Below are positions 12,201 to 27,200 of a DNA stretch of 64,000 bases, one piece after another. How positions within the stretch are numbered: position 1 is the first letter of the stretch; each line of letters opens with the position of its first letter. A model generated the notes under the pieces. The model searched no databases. It was not told where the DNA came from and saw only the letters and a program-made list of their open reading frames with translations. This stretch comes from the human T2T-CHM13v2.0 reference genome, Homo sapiens, in assembly GCF_009914755.1 (NCBI RefSeq), contig NC_060928.1; one strand, written 5' to 3'. Made by a program: the position numbers and the translations under genes.

Positions 12201-15200
12201 GGCCTATGGTGAGAAAGGAAATATCTTCGAATAAAAACTAGACAGAAGCATCCTCAGAAACTTATTTGTGATGTGTGTCCTCAACTAACAGAGTTGAAAC
12301 TTTGTTTTGATACAGCATTTTGGAAACACTCTTTTTGTAGAATCTGCAGGTGGATATTTGGATAGCTTAGAGGGATTCGTTGGAAAGGGGATATCTTCAT
12401 ATAAAATCTAGACAGAAGCATTCTCAGAAACTTATTTGTGATGTGTGTCCTCAACTAACAGAGTTGAACCTTGGTTTTGATACAGCATTTTGGAAACGCT
12501 CCTTTTGTAGAATCTACAGGTGGATATGTGGATAGCTCTGAAGATTTCGTTGGAAACGGGAATTTCTTCATATAAAATCAAACAGAAGCATTCTCAGAAA
12601 CTTCTCAGTGATGTTTGCATTCAGCTCATGGAGTTGAACACTTCCTTTCATAGAACCGGTTTGAAACACTCTTTCTGCACTACCTGTAAGAGGACATTTC
12701 GAGCGCTTTGAGTCCTATGGTGAAAAAGGAAATATCTTCTCATAAAAACCAGAAAGAAGCATTCTCAGAAACTTCTTTGTGTTGTGTGTACTCATGTAAC
12801 AGTGTTGAACCATCCTTTTGACAGAGCAGTTTTGAAACACTCTTTTTGTAGAATCTGCAAGTGGATATTTGGATAGCTTTGAGGATTTCGTTGGAAACGG
12901 GATGACATATAATATCTAGAGAGAAGCATTCTCAGGAACTTCTTTGTGATGTTTGCATTCAAGTCACAGAATTGAACATTCCCTTTCATAGAGCAGGTTT
13001 GAAACACTCTTTCTCTAGTATCTGGAAGTGGGCATTTCAAGCGCTTTCAGGCCTATGGAGAGAAAGGAAATACCTTCAAATAAAAACTAGACAGAAGCAT
13101 TCTCAGAAACTTATTTGTGATGTGTGTCCTCAACTAACAGAGTTGAACCTTTGTTTTGATACAGCATTTTGGAAACACTCCTTTTGTAGAATCTGCAGGT
13201 GGATATTTGGATAACTTTGAAGATTTCGTTGGAAACCGGAATATCTTCATATAAAATCAAGACAGAAGCATTCTCGGAAACATCTCTGTGATGTTTGCAT
13301 TCAACTCAGTAGAGTTGAACACTTCCTTTCATAGAGCCGGTTTGAAACACTCTTTCTGCACTACCTGGAAGCGGACATTTTGAGCGCTTTGAGGCCTATG
13401 GTGAAAAAGGAAATATCTTCTCATAAAAACCAGAAAGAAGCATTCTCAGAAACTTCTTTGTGTTGTGTGTACTCAAGTAACAGTGTTGAACCTTCCTTTT
13501 GACACAGCAGTTTTGAAACACTCTTTTGGTAGAATCTGCAAGTGGATATTTGGATAGCTTTGAGGATTTCGTTGGAAACGGGTTATCTTCATATAAAATC
13601 CAGACAGGAGCATTCTCAGAAACTTCTTTGTGCTGCATGTCCTCAATTCACAGAGCTGAACCTTTGTTTGGATACAGCATTTTGGAAACATTCCTTTAGT
13701 AGAATCTGCAAGTTGATATTTAGATAGCTTTGAAGATTTCGTTGGAAACGGGAATATCTTCATAGAAAATCTAGACGGAAGCATTCTCAGAAACTGCTTT
13801 GTGATGTTTGCATTCAAGTCACAGAGTTGAATATTCCCTTTTATAGAGTAGGTTTGAAACACTCTTTTGGCACTACCTGGAAGTGGATATTTCGAGCTCT
13901 TTGAGGCCTATGGTTAAAAGGAAATATCTTCCCATAAAAACTAGACAGAAGCCGTCTCAGAAACTTGTTTGTGATGTGTGTATTCAACTAACAGAGTTGA
14001 ACATTTCTGTTACAGAGCAATTTTAAAACACTCTTTTTGTGGAATCTGAAAGTGGATAATTGGATAGCTTTGTGGATTTCGTTGGAAACGGGATGACGTA
14101 TAAAATCTAGAGAGAAGCATTCTCAGGAACTTCTTTGTGATGTTTGCATTCAAGTCACAGAATTGAACATTCCCTTTCATAGAGCAGGTTTGAAACACTC
14201 TTTCTCTAGTATCTGGAAGTGGGCATTTCAAGCGCTTTCAGGCCTATGGAGAGAAAGGAAATACCTTCAAATAAAAACTAGACAGAAGCATTCTCAGAAA
14301 CTTATTTGTGATGTGTGTCCTCAACTAACAGAGTTGAACCTTTGTTTTGATACAGCATTTTGGAAACACTCCTTTTGTAGGATCTGCAGGTGGATATTTG
14401 GATAGATTTTAAGATTTCGTTGGAAACGGGAGTTTCTTCATAGAAACTCAAGACAGATGCATTCTCAGAAACATCTCTGTGATGTTTGCATTCCACTCAT
14501 AGATTTGAAAACTTCCTTTCATAGAGCAGGTTTGAAACACTCTTTTTGTAATATTTGGAAGTGGACATTTGCAGCGCTTTGAGGCCTATGGTGAAAAAGG
14601 AAATATCTTCTCATAAAAACCAGAAACAAGCATTCTCAGAAACTTCTTTTTGATGTGTGTACTCAAGTAACAGAGTTGAACCTTCCTTTTGACACAGCAG
14701 TTTTGAAACAATCTTTTTGTAGAATCTGCAAGTGGATATTTGGATAGCTTTGAGGATTTCGTTGGAAACGGGATATCTTCATATAAAATCTAGACAGAAG
14801 CATTCTCAGAAACTTCTTTGTGCTGTATGCCCTCAATTAACAGAGTTGAACCATTGCTTGGATACAGCATTTTGGAAACATTCCTTGAGTAGAATCTGCA
14901 AGTTGATATTTAGATAGATTTGAAGATTTCGTTGGAAAAGGGAATATCTCCATATAAAATCTAGAGGGAAGCATTCTCAGAAACTGCTCTGTGATGTTTC
15001 CATTCAAGTCACAGAGTTGAATATTCCCTTTTATAGAGCACGTTTGAAACACTCTTTCTGCACTATCTGGAAGTGGACATTTCGAGCGCTTTGAGGCCTA
15101 TGGTGAAAAAGGAAATATCTTCCCATAAAAACCAGACAGAAGCATTCTCAGAAACTTGTTTGTGATGTGTGTATTCAACTAACAGAGTTGAACTTTTGTT

Positions 15201-18200
15201 TTTACAGAGCCGTTTTAAAACACTCTTTTTGTGGAATCAGAAAGTGGATATTCGGATGGCTCTGAGGATTTCGTTGGAAGCGGGATTACATATAAAATCT
15301 AGAGAGAAGCATTCTCAGGAACTTCTTTGTGATGTTTGCATTGAAGTCACAGAATTGAACATTCACTTTGATAGAGCAGGTTTGAAACACTCATTCTGTA
15401 GTATCTGGAAGTGGACATTTCAAGCGCTTTCAGGCCTATGGTGAGAAAGGAAATATCTTCGAATAAAAACTAGACAGAAGCATCCTCAGAAACTTATTTG
15501 TGATGTGTGTCCTCAACTAACAGAGTTGAAACTTTGTTTTGATACAGCATTTTGGAAACACTCTTTTTGTAGAATCTGCAGGTGGATATTTGGATAGCTT
15601 AGAGGGATTCGTTGGAAAGGGGATATCTTCATATAAAATCTAGACAGAAGCATTCTCAGAAACTTATTTGTGATGTGTGTCCTCAACTAACAGAGTTGAA
15701 CCTTGGTTTTGATACAGCATTTTGGAAACACTCCTTTTGTAGAATCTGCAGGTGGATATGTGGATAGCTCTGAAGATTTCGTTGGAAACGGGAATTTCTT
15801 CATATAAAATCAAACAGAAGCATTCTCAGAAACTTCTCAGTGATGTTTGCATTCAGCTCATGGAGTTGAACACTTCCTTTCATAGAGCCGGTTTGAAACA
15901 CTCTTTCTGCACTACCTGGAAGAGGACATTTCGAGCGCTTTGAGTCCTATGGTGAAAAAGGAAATATCTTCTCATAAAAACCAGAAAGAAGCATTCTCAG
16001 AAACTTCTTTGTGTTGTGTGTACTCATGTAACAGTGTTGAACCATCCTTTTGACAGAGCAGTTTTGAAACACTCTTTTTGTAGAATCTGCAAGTGGATAT
16101 TTGGATAGCTTTGAGGATTTCGTTGGAAACGGGATGACATATAATATCTAGAGAGAAGCATACTCAGGAACTTCTTTGTGATGTTTGCATTCAAGTCACA
16201 GAATTGAACATTCCCTTTCATAGAGCAGGTTTGAAACACTCTTTCTCTAGTATCTGGAAGTGGGCATTTCAAGTGCTTTCAGGCCTATGGAGAGAAAGGA
16301 AATACCTTCAAATAAAAACTAGACAGAAGCATTCTCAGAAACTTATTTGTGATGTGTGTCCTCAACTAACAGAGTTGAACCTTTGTTTTGATACAGCATT
16401 TTGGAAACACTCCTTTTGTAGAATCTGCAGGTGGATATTTGGATAACTTTGAAGATTTCGTTGGAAACCGGAATATCTTCATATAAAATCAAGACAGAAG
16501 CATTCTCGGAAACATCTCTGTGATGTTTGCATTCAACTCAGTAGAGTTGAACACTTCCTTTCATAGAGCAGGTTTGAAACACTCTTTCTGCACTACCTGG
16601 AAGCGGACATTTCGAGCGCTTTGAGGCCTATGGTGAAAAAGGAAATATCTTCTCATAAAAACCAGAAAGAAGCATTCTCAGAAACTTCTTTGTGTTGTGT
16701 GTACTCAAGTAACAGTGTTGAACCTTCCTTTTGACACAGCAGTTTTGAAACACTCTTTTGGTAGAATCTGCAAGTGGATATTTGGATAGCTTTGAGGATT
16801 TCGTTGGAAACGGGTTATCTTCATATAAAATCCAGACAGGAGCATTCTCAGAAACTTCTTTGTGCTGCATGTCCTCAATTCACAGAGCTGAACCTTTGTT
16901 TGGATACAGCATTTTGGAAACATTCCTTTAGTAGAATCTGCAAGTTGATATTTAGATAGCTTTGAAGATTTCGTTGGAAACGGGAATATCTTCATAGAAA
17001 ATCTAGACGGAAGCATTCTCAGAAACTGCTTTGTGATGTTTGCATTCAAGTCACAGAGTTGAATATTCCCTTTTATAGAGTAGGTTTGAAACACTCTTTC
17101 GGCACTACCTGGAAGTGGATATTTCGAGCTCTTTGAGGCCTATGGTTAAAAGGAAATATCTTCCCATAAAAACTAGACAGAAGCCGTCTCAGAAACTTGT
17201 TTGTGATGTGTGTATTCAACTAACAGAGTTGAACATTTCTGTTACAGAGCAATTTTAAAACACTCTTTTTGTGGAATCTGAAAGTGGATAATTGGATAGC
17301 TTTGTGGATTTCGTTGGAAACGGGATGACGTATAAAATCTAGAGAGAAGCATTCTCAGGAACTTCTTTGTGATGTTTGCATTCAAGTCACAGAATTGAAC
17401 ATTCCCTTTCATAGAGCAGGTTTGAAACACTCTTTCTCTAGTATCTGGAAGTGGGCATTTCAAGCGCTTTCAGGCCTATGGAGAGAAAGGAAATACCTTC
17501 AAATAAAAACTAGACAGAAGCATTCTCAGAAACTTATTTGTGATGTGTGTCCTCAACTAACAGAGTTGAACCTTTGTTTTGATACAGCATTTTGGAAACA
17601 CTCCTTTTGTAGGATCTGCAGGTGGATATTTGGATAGATTTTAAGATTTCGTTGGAAACGGGAGTTTCTTCATAGAAACTCAAGACAGATGCATTCTCAG
17701 AAACATCTCTGTGATGTTTGCATTCCACTCATAGATTTGAAAACTTCCTTTCATAGAGCAGGTTTGAAACACTCTTTTTGTAATATTTGGAAGTGGACAT
17801 TTGCAGCGCTTTGAGGCCTATGGTGAAAAAGGAAATATCTTCTCATAAAAACCAGAAACAAGCATTCTCAGAAACTTCTTTTTGATGTGTGTACTCAAGT
17901 AACAGAGTTGAACCTTCCTTTTGACACAGCAGTTTTGAAACAATCTTTTTGTAGAATCTGCAAGTGGATATTTGGATAGCTTTGAGGATTTCGTTGGAAA
18001 CGGGATATCTTCATATAAAATCTAGACAGAAGCATTCTCAGAAACTTCTTTGTGCTGTATGTCCTCAATTAACAGAGTTGAACCATTGCTTGGATACAGC
18101 ATTTTGGAAACATTCCTTGAGTAGAATCTGCAAGTTGATATTTAGATAGATTTGAAGATTTCGTTGGAAAAGGGAATATCTCCATATAAAATCTAGAGGG

Positions 18201-21200
18201 AAGCATTCTCAGAAACTGCTCTGTGATGTTTCCATTCAAGTCACAGAGTTGAATATTCCCTTTTATAGAGCACGTTTGAAACACTCTTTCTGCACTATCT
18301 GGAAGTGGACATTTCGAGCGCTTTGAGGCCTATGGTGAAAAAGGAAATATCTTCCCATAAAAACCAGACAGAAGCATTCTCAGAAACTTGTTTGTGATGT
18401 GTGTATTCAACTAACAGAGTTGAACTTTTGTTTTTACAGAGCCGTTTTAAAACACTCTTTTTGTGGAATCAGAAAGTGGATATTCGGATGGCTCTGAGGA
18501 TTTCGTTGGAAGCGGGATTACATATAAAATCTAGAGAGAAGCATTCTCAGGAACTTCTTTGTGATGTTTGCATTGAAGTCACAGAATTGAACATTCACTT
18601 TGATAGAGCAGGTTTGAAACACTCATTCTGTAGTATCTGGAAGTGGACATTTCAAGCGCTTTCAGGCCTATGGTGAGAAAGGAAATATCTTCGAATAAAA
18701 ACTAGACAGAAGCATCCTCAGAAACTTATTTGTGATGTGTGTCCTCAACTAACAGAGTTGAAACTTTGTTTTGATACAGCATTTTGGAAACACTCTTTTT
18801 GTAGAATCTGCAGGTGGATATTTGGATAGCTTAGAGGGATTCGTTGGAAAGGGGATATCTTCATATAAAATCTAGACAGAAGCATTCTCAGAAACTTATT
18901 TGTGATGTGTGTCCTCAACTAACAGAGTTGAACCTTGGTTTTGATACAGCATTTTGGAAACACTCCTTTTGTAGAATCTGCAGGTGGATATGTGGATAGC
19001 TCTGAAGATTTCGTTGGAAACGGGAATTTCTTCATATAAAATCAAACAGAAGCATTCTCAGAAACTTCTCAGTGATGTTTGCATTCAGCTCATGGAGTTG
19101 AACACTTCCTTTCATAGAGCCGGTTTGAAACACTCTTTCTGCACTACCTGGAAGAGGACATTTCGAGCGCTTTGAGTCCTATGGTGAAAAAGGAAATATC
19201 TTCTCATAAAAACCAGAAAGAAGCATTCTCAGAAACTTCTTTGTGTTGTGTGTACTCATGTAACAGTGTTGAACCATCCTTTTGACAGAGCAGTTTTGAA
19301 ACACTCTTTTTGTAGAATCTGCAAGTGGATATTTGGATAGCTTTGAGGATTTCGTTGGAAACGGGATGACATATAATATCTAGAGAGAAGCATACTCAGG
19401 AACTTCTTTGTGATGTTTGCATTCAAGTCACAGAATTGAACATTCCCTTTCATAGAGCAGGTTTGAAACACTCTTTCTCTAGTATCTGGAAGTGGGCATT
19501 TCAAGCGCTTTCAGGCCTATGGAGAGAAAGGAAATACCTTCAAATAAAAACTAGACAGAAGCATTCTCAGAAACTTATTTGTGATGTGTGTCCTCAACTA
19601 ACAGAGTTGAACCTTTGTTTTGATACAGCATTTTGGAAACACTCCTTTTGTAGAATCTGCAGGTGGATATTTGGATAACTTTGAAGATTTCGTTGGAAAC
19701 CGGAATATCTTCATATAAAATCAAGACAGAAGCATTCTCGGAAACATCTCTGTGATGTTTGCATTCAACTCAGTAGAGTTGAACACTTCCTTTCATAGAG
19801 CAGGTTTGAAACACTCTTTCTGCACTACCTGGAAGCGGACATTTCGAGCGCTTTGAGGCCTATGGTGAAAAAGGAAATATCTTCTCATAAAAACCAGAAA
19901 GAAGCATTCTCAGAAACTTCTTTGTGTTGTGTGTACTCAAGTAACAGTGTTGAACCTTCCTTTTGACACAGCAGTTTTGAAACACTCTTTTGGTAGAATC
20001 TGCAAGTGGATATTTGGATAGCTTTGAGGATTTCGTTGGAAACGGGTTGTCTTCATATAAAATCCAGACAGGAGCATTCTCAGAAACTTCTTTGTGCTGC
20101 ATGTCCTCAATTCACAGAGCTGAACCTTTGTTTGGATACAGCATTTTGGAAACATTCCTTTAGTAGAATCTGCAAGTTGATATTTAGATAGCTTTGAAGA
20201 TTTCGTTGGAAACGGGAATATCTTCATAGAAAATCTAGACGGAAGCATTCTCAGAAACTGCTTTGTGATGTTTGCATTCAAGTCACAGAGTTGAATATTC
20301 CCTTTTATGGAGTAGGTTTGAAACACTCTTTTGGCACTACCTGGAAGTGGATATTTCGAGCTCTTTGAGGCCTATGGTTAAAAGGAAATATCTTCCCATA
20401 AAAACTAGACAGAAGCCGTCTCAGAAACTTGTTTGTGATGTGTGTATTCAACTAACAGAGTTGAACATTTCTGTTACAGAGCAATTTTAAAACACTCTTT
20501 TTGTGGAATCTGAAAGTGGATAATTGGATAGCTTTGTGGATTTCGTTGGAAACGGGATGACGTATAAAATCTAGAGAGAAGCATTCTCAGGAACTTCTTT
20601 GTGATGTTTGCATTCAAGTCACAGAATTGAACATTCCCTTTCATAGAGCAGGTTTGAAACACTCTTTCTCTAGTATCTGGAAGTGGGCATTTCAAGCGCT
20701 TTCAGGCCTATGGAGAGAAAGGAAATACCTTCAAATAAAAACTAGACAGAAGCATTCTCAGAAACTTATTTGTGATGTGTGTCCTCAACTAACAGAGTTG
20801 AACCTTTGTTTTGATACAGCATTTTGGAAACACTCCTTTTGTAGGATCTGCAGGTGGATATTTGGATAGATTTTAAGATTTCGTTGGAAACGGGAGTTTC
20901 TTCATAGAAACTCAAGACAGATGCATTCTCAGAAACATCTCTGTGATGTTTGCATTCCACTCATAGATTTGAAAACTTCCTTTCATAGAGCAGGTTTGAA
21001 ACACTCTTTTTGTAATATTTGGAAGTGGACATTTGCAGCGCTTTGAGGCCTATGGTGAAAAAGGAAATATCTTCTCATAAAAACCAGAAACAAGCATTCT
21101 CAGAAACTTCTTTTTGATGTGTGTACTCAAGTAACAGAGTTGAACCTTCCTTTTGACACAGCAGTTTTGAAACAATCTTTTTGTAGAATCTGCAAGTGGA

Positions 21201-24200
21201 TATTTGGATAGCTTTGAGGATTTCGTTGGAAACGGGATATCTTCATATAAAATCTAGACAGAAGCATTCTCAGAAACTTCTTTGTGCTGTATGTCCTCAA
21301 TTAACAGAGTTGAACCATTGCTTGGATACAGCATTTTGGAAACATTCCTTGAGTAGAATCTGCAAGTTGATATTTAGATAGATTTGAAGATTTCGTTGGA
21401 AAAGGGAATATCTCCATATAAAATCTAGAGGGAAGCATTCTCAGAAACTGCTCTGTGATGTTTCCATTCAAGTCACAGAGTTGAATATTCCCTTTTATAG
21501 AGCACGTTTGAAACACTCTTTCTGCACTATCTGGAAGTGGACATTTCGAGCGCTTTGAGGCCTATGGTGAAAAAGGAAATATCTTCCCATAAAAACCAGA
21601 CAGAAGCATTCTCAGAAACTTGTTTGTGATGTGTGTATTCAACTAACAGAGTTGAACTTTTGTTTTTACAGAGCCGTTTTAAAACACTCTTTTTGTGGAA
21701 TCAGAAAGTGGATATTCGGATGGCTCTGAGGATTTCGTTGGAAGCGGGATTACATATAAAATCTAGAGAGAAGCATTCTCAGGAACTTCTTTGTGATGTT
21801 TGCATTGAAGTCACAGAATTGAACATTCACTTTGATAGAGCAGGTTTGAAACACTCATTCTGTAGTATCTGGAAGTGGACATTTCAAGCGCTTTCAGGCC
21901 TATGGTGAGAAAGGAAATATCTTCGAATAAAAACTAGACAGAAGCATCCTCAGAAACTTATTTGTGATGTGTGTCCTCAACTAACAGAGTTGAAACTTTG
22001 TTTTGATACAGCATTTTGGAAACACTCTTTTTGTAGAATCTGCAGGTGGATATTTGGATAGCTTAGAGGGATTCGTTGGAAAGGGGATATCTTCATATAA
22101 AATCTAGACAGAAGCATTCTCAGAAACTTATTTGTGATGTGTGTCCTCAACTAACAGAGTTGAACCTTGGTTTTGATACAGCATTTTGGAAACACTCCTT
22201 TTGTAGAATCTGCAGGTGGATATGTGGATAGCTCTGAAGATTTCGTTGGAAACGGGAATTTCTTCATATAAAATCAAACAGAAGCATTCTCAGAAACTTC
22301 TCAGTGATGTTTGCATTCAGCTCATGGAGTTGAACACTTCCTTTCATAGAGCCGGTTTGAAACACTCTTTCTGCACTACCTGGAAGAGGACATTTCGAGC
22401 GCTTTGAGTCCTATGGTGAAAAAGGAAATATCTTCTCATAAAAACCAGAAAGAAGCATTCTCAGAAACTTCTTTGTGTTGTGTGTACTCATGTAACAGTG
22501 TTGAACCATCCTTTTGACAGAGCAGTTTTGAAACACTCTTTTTGTAGAATCTGCAAGTGGATATTTGGATAGCTTTGAGGATTTCGTTGGAAACGGGATG
22601 ACATATAATATCTAGAGAGAAGCATACTCAGGAACTTCTTTGTGATGTTTGCATTCAAGTCACAGAATTGAACATTCCCTTTCATAGAGCAGGTTTGAAA
22701 CACTCTTTCTCTAGTATCTGGAAGTGGGCATTTCAAGCGCTTTCAGGCCTATGGAGAGAAAGGAAATACCTTCAAATAAAAACTAGACAGAAGCATTCTC
22801 AGAAACTTATTTGTGATGTGTGTCCTCAACTAACAGAGTTGAACCTTTGTTTTGATACAGCATTTTGGAAACACTCCTTTTGTAGAATCTGCAGGTGGAT
22901 ATTTGGATAACTTTGAAGATTTCGTTGGAAACCGGAATATCTTCATATAAAATCAAGACAGAAGCATTCTCGGAAACATCTCTGTGATGTTTGCATTCAA
23001 CTCAGTAGAGTTGAACACTTCCTTTCATAGAGCAGGTTTGAAACACTCTTTCTGCACTACCTGGAAGCGGACATTTCGAGCGCTTTGAGGCCTATGGTGA
23101 AAAAGGAAATATCTTCTCATAAAAACCAGAAAGAAGCATTCTCAGAAACTTCTTTGTGTTGTGTGTACTCAAGTAACAGTGTTGAACCTTCCTTTTGACA
23201 CAGCAGTTTTGAAACACTCTTTTGGTAGAATCTGCAAGTGGATATTTGGATAGCTTTGAGGATTTCGTTGGAAACGGGTTGTCTTCATATAAAATCCAGA
23301 CAGGAGCATTCTCAGAAACTTCTTTGTGCTGCATGTCCTCAATTCACAGAGCTGAACCTTTGTTTGGATACAGCATTTTGGAAACATTCCTTTAGTAGAA
23401 TCTGCAAGTTGATATTTAGATAGCTTTGAAGATTTCGTTGGAAACGGGAATATCTTCATAGAAAATCTAGACGGAAGCATTCTCAGAAACTGCTTTGTGA
23501 TGTTTGCATTCAAGTCACAGAGTTGAATATTCCCTTTTATGGAGTAGGTTTGAAACACTCTTTTGGCACTACCTGGAAGTGGATATTTCGAGCTCTTTGA
23601 GGCCTATGGTTAAAAGGAAATATCTTCCCATAAAAACTAGACAGAAGCCGTCTCAGAAACTTGTTTGTGATGTGTGTATTCAACTAACAGAGTTGAACAT
23701 TTCTGTTACAGAGCAATTTTAAAACACTCTTTTTGTGGAATCTGAAAGTGGATAATTGGATAGCTTTGTGGATTTCATTGGAAACGGGATGACGTATAAA
23801 ATCTAGAGAGAAGCATTCTCAGGAACTTCTTTGTGATGTTTGCATTCAAGTCACAGAATTGAACATTCCCTTTCATAGAGCAGGTTTGAAACACTCTTTC
23901 TCTAGTATCTGGAAGTGGGCATTTCAAGCGCTTTCAGGCCTATGGAGAGAAAGGAAATACCTTCAAATAAAAACTAGACAGAAGCATTCTCAGAAACTTA
24001 TTTGTGATGTGTGTCCTCAACTAACAGAGTTGAACCTTTGTTTTGATACAGCATTTTGGAAACACTCCTTTTGTAGGATCTGCAGGTGGATATTTGGATA
24101 GATTTTAAGATTTCGTTGGAAACGGGAGTTTCTTCATAGAAACTCAAGACAGATGCATTCTCAGAAACATCTCTGTGATGTTTGCATTCCACTCATAGAT

Positions 24201-27200
24201 TTGAAAACTTCCTTTCATAGAGCAGGTTTGAAACACTCTTTTTGTAATATTTGGAAGTGGACATTTGCAGCGCTTTGAGGCCTATGGTGAAAAAGGAAAT
24301 ATCTTCTCATAAAAACCAGAAACAAGCATTCTCAGAAACTTCTTTTTGATGTGTGTACTCAAGTAACAGAGTTGAACCTTCCTTTTGACACAGCAGTTTT
24401 GAAACAATCTTTTTGTAGAATCTGCAAGTGGATATTTGGATAGCTTTGAGGATTTCGTTGGAAACGGGATATCTTCATATAAAATCTAGACAGAAGCATT
24501 CTCAGAAACTTCTTTGTGCTGTATGCCCTCAATTAACAGAGTTGAACCATTGCTTGGATACAGCATTTTGGAAACATTCCTTGAGTAGAATCTGCAAGTT
24601 GATATTTAGATAGATTTGAAGATTTCGTTGGAAAAGGGAATATCTCCATATAAAATCTAGAGGGAAGCATTCTCAGAAACTGCTCTGTGATGTTTCCATT
24701 CAAGTCACAGAGTTGAATATTCCCTTTTATAGAGCACGTTTGAAACACTCTTTCTGCACTATCTGGAAGTGGACATTTCGAGCGCTTTGAGGCCTATGGT
24801 GAAAAAGGAAATATCTTCCCATAAAAACCAGACAGAAGCATTCTCAGAAACTTGTTTGTGATGTGTGTATTCAACTAACAGAGTTGAACTTTTGTTTTTA
24901 CAGAGCCGTTTTAAAACACTCTTTTTGTGGAATCAGAAAGTGGATATTCGGATGGCTCTGAGGATTTCGTTGGAAGCGGGATTACATATAAAATCTAGAG
25001 AGAAGCATTCTCAGGAACTTCTTTGTGATGTTTGCATTGAAGTCACAGAATTGAACATTCACTTTGATAGAGCAGGTTTGAAACACTCATTCTGTAGTAT
25101 CTGGAAGTGGACATTTCAAGCGCTTTCAGGCCTATGGTGAGAAAGGAAATATCTTCGAATAAAAACTAGACAGAAGCATCCTCAGAAACTTATTTGTGAT
25201 GTGTGTCCTCAACTAACAGAGTTGAAACTTTGTTTTGATACAGCATTTTGGAAACACTCTTTTTGTAGAATCTGCAGGTGGATATTTGGATAGCTTAGAG
25301 GGATTCGTTGGAAAGGGGATATCTTCATATAAAATCTAGACAGAAGCATTCTCAGAAACTTATTTGTGATGTGTGTCCTCAACTAACAGAGTTGAACCTT
25401 GGTTTTGATACAGCATTTTGGAAACACTCCTTTTGTAGAATCTGCAGGTGGATATGTGGATAGCTCTGAAGATTTCGTTGGAAACGGGAATTTCTTCATA
25501 TAAAATCAAACAGAAGCATTCTCAGAAACTTCTCAGTGATGTTTGCATTCAGCTCATGGAGTTGAACACTTCCTTTCATAGAGCCGGTTTGAAACACTCT
25601 TTCTGCACTACCTGGAAGAGGACATTTCGAGCGCTTTGAGTCCTATGGTGAAAAAGGAAATATCTTCTCATAAAAACCAGAAAGAAGCATTCTCAGAAAC
25701 TTCTTTGTGTTGTGTGTACTCATGTAACAGTGTTGAACCATCCTTTTGACAGAGCAGTTTTGAAACACTCTTTTTGTAGAATCTGCAAGTGGATATTTGG
25801 ATAGCTTTGAGGATTTCGTTGGAAACGGGATGACATATAATATCTAGAGAGAAGCATACTCAGGAACTTCTTTGTGATGTTTGCATTCAAGTCACAGAAT
25901 TGAACATTCCCTTTCATAGAGCAGGTTTGAAACACTCTTTCTCTAGTATCTGGAAGTGGGCATTTCAAGCGCTTTCAGGCCTATGGAGAGAAAGGAAATA
26001 CCTTCAAATAAAAACTAGACAGAAGCATTCTCAGAAACTTATTTGTGATGTGTGTCCTCAACTAACAGAGTTGAACCTTTGTTTTGATACAGCATTTTGG
26101 AAACACTCCTTTTGTAGAATCTGCAGGTGGATATTTGGATAACTTTGAAGATTTCGTTGGAAACCGGAATATCTTCATATAAAATCAAGACAGAAGCATT
26201 CTCGGAAACATCTCTGTGATGTTTGCATTCAACTCAGTAGAGTTGAACACTTCCTTTCATAGAGCAGGTTTGAAACACTCTTTCTGCACTACCTGGAAGC
26301 GGACATTTCGAGCGCTTTGAGGCCTATGGTGAAAAAGGAAATATCTTCTCATAAAAACCAGAAAGAAGCATTCTCAGAAACTTCTTTGTGTTGTGTGTAC
26401 TCAAGTAACAGTGTTGAACCTTCCTTTTGACACAGCAGTTTTGAAACACTCTTTTGGTAGAATCTGCAAGTGGATATTTGGATAGCTTTGAGGATTTCGT
26501 TGGAAACGGGTTGTCTTCATATAAAATCCAGACAGGAGCATTCTCAGAAACTTCTTTGTGCTGCATGTCCTCAATTCACAGAGCTGAACCTTTGTTTGGA
26601 TACAGCATTTTGGAAACATTCCTTTAGTAGAATCTGCAAGTTGATATTTAGATAGCTTTGAAGATTTCGTTGGAAACGGGAATATCTTCATAGAAAATCT
26701 AGACGGAAGCATTCTCAGAAACTGCTTTGTGATGTTTGCATTCAAGTCACAGAGTTGAATATTCCCTTTTATGGAGTAGGTTTGAAACACTCTTTTGGCA
26801 CTACCTGGAAGTGGATATTTCGAGCTCTTTGAGGCCTATGGTTAAAAGGAAATATCTTCCCATAAAAACTAGACAGAAGCCGTCTCAGAAACTTGTTTGT
26901 GATGTGTGTATTCAACTAACAGAGTTGAACATTTCTGTTACAGAGCAATTTTAAAACACTCTTTTTGTGGAATCTGAAAGTGGATAATTGGATAGCTTTG
27001 TGGATTTCGTTGGAAACGGGATGACGTATAAAATCTAGAGAGAAGCATTCTCAGGAACTTCTTTGTGATGTTTGCATTCAAGTCACAGAATTGAACATTC
27101 CCTTTCATAGAGCAGGTTTGAAACACTCTTTCTCTAGTATCTGGAAGTGGGCATTTCAAGCGCTTTCAGGCCTATGGAGAGAAAGGAAATACCTTCAAAT

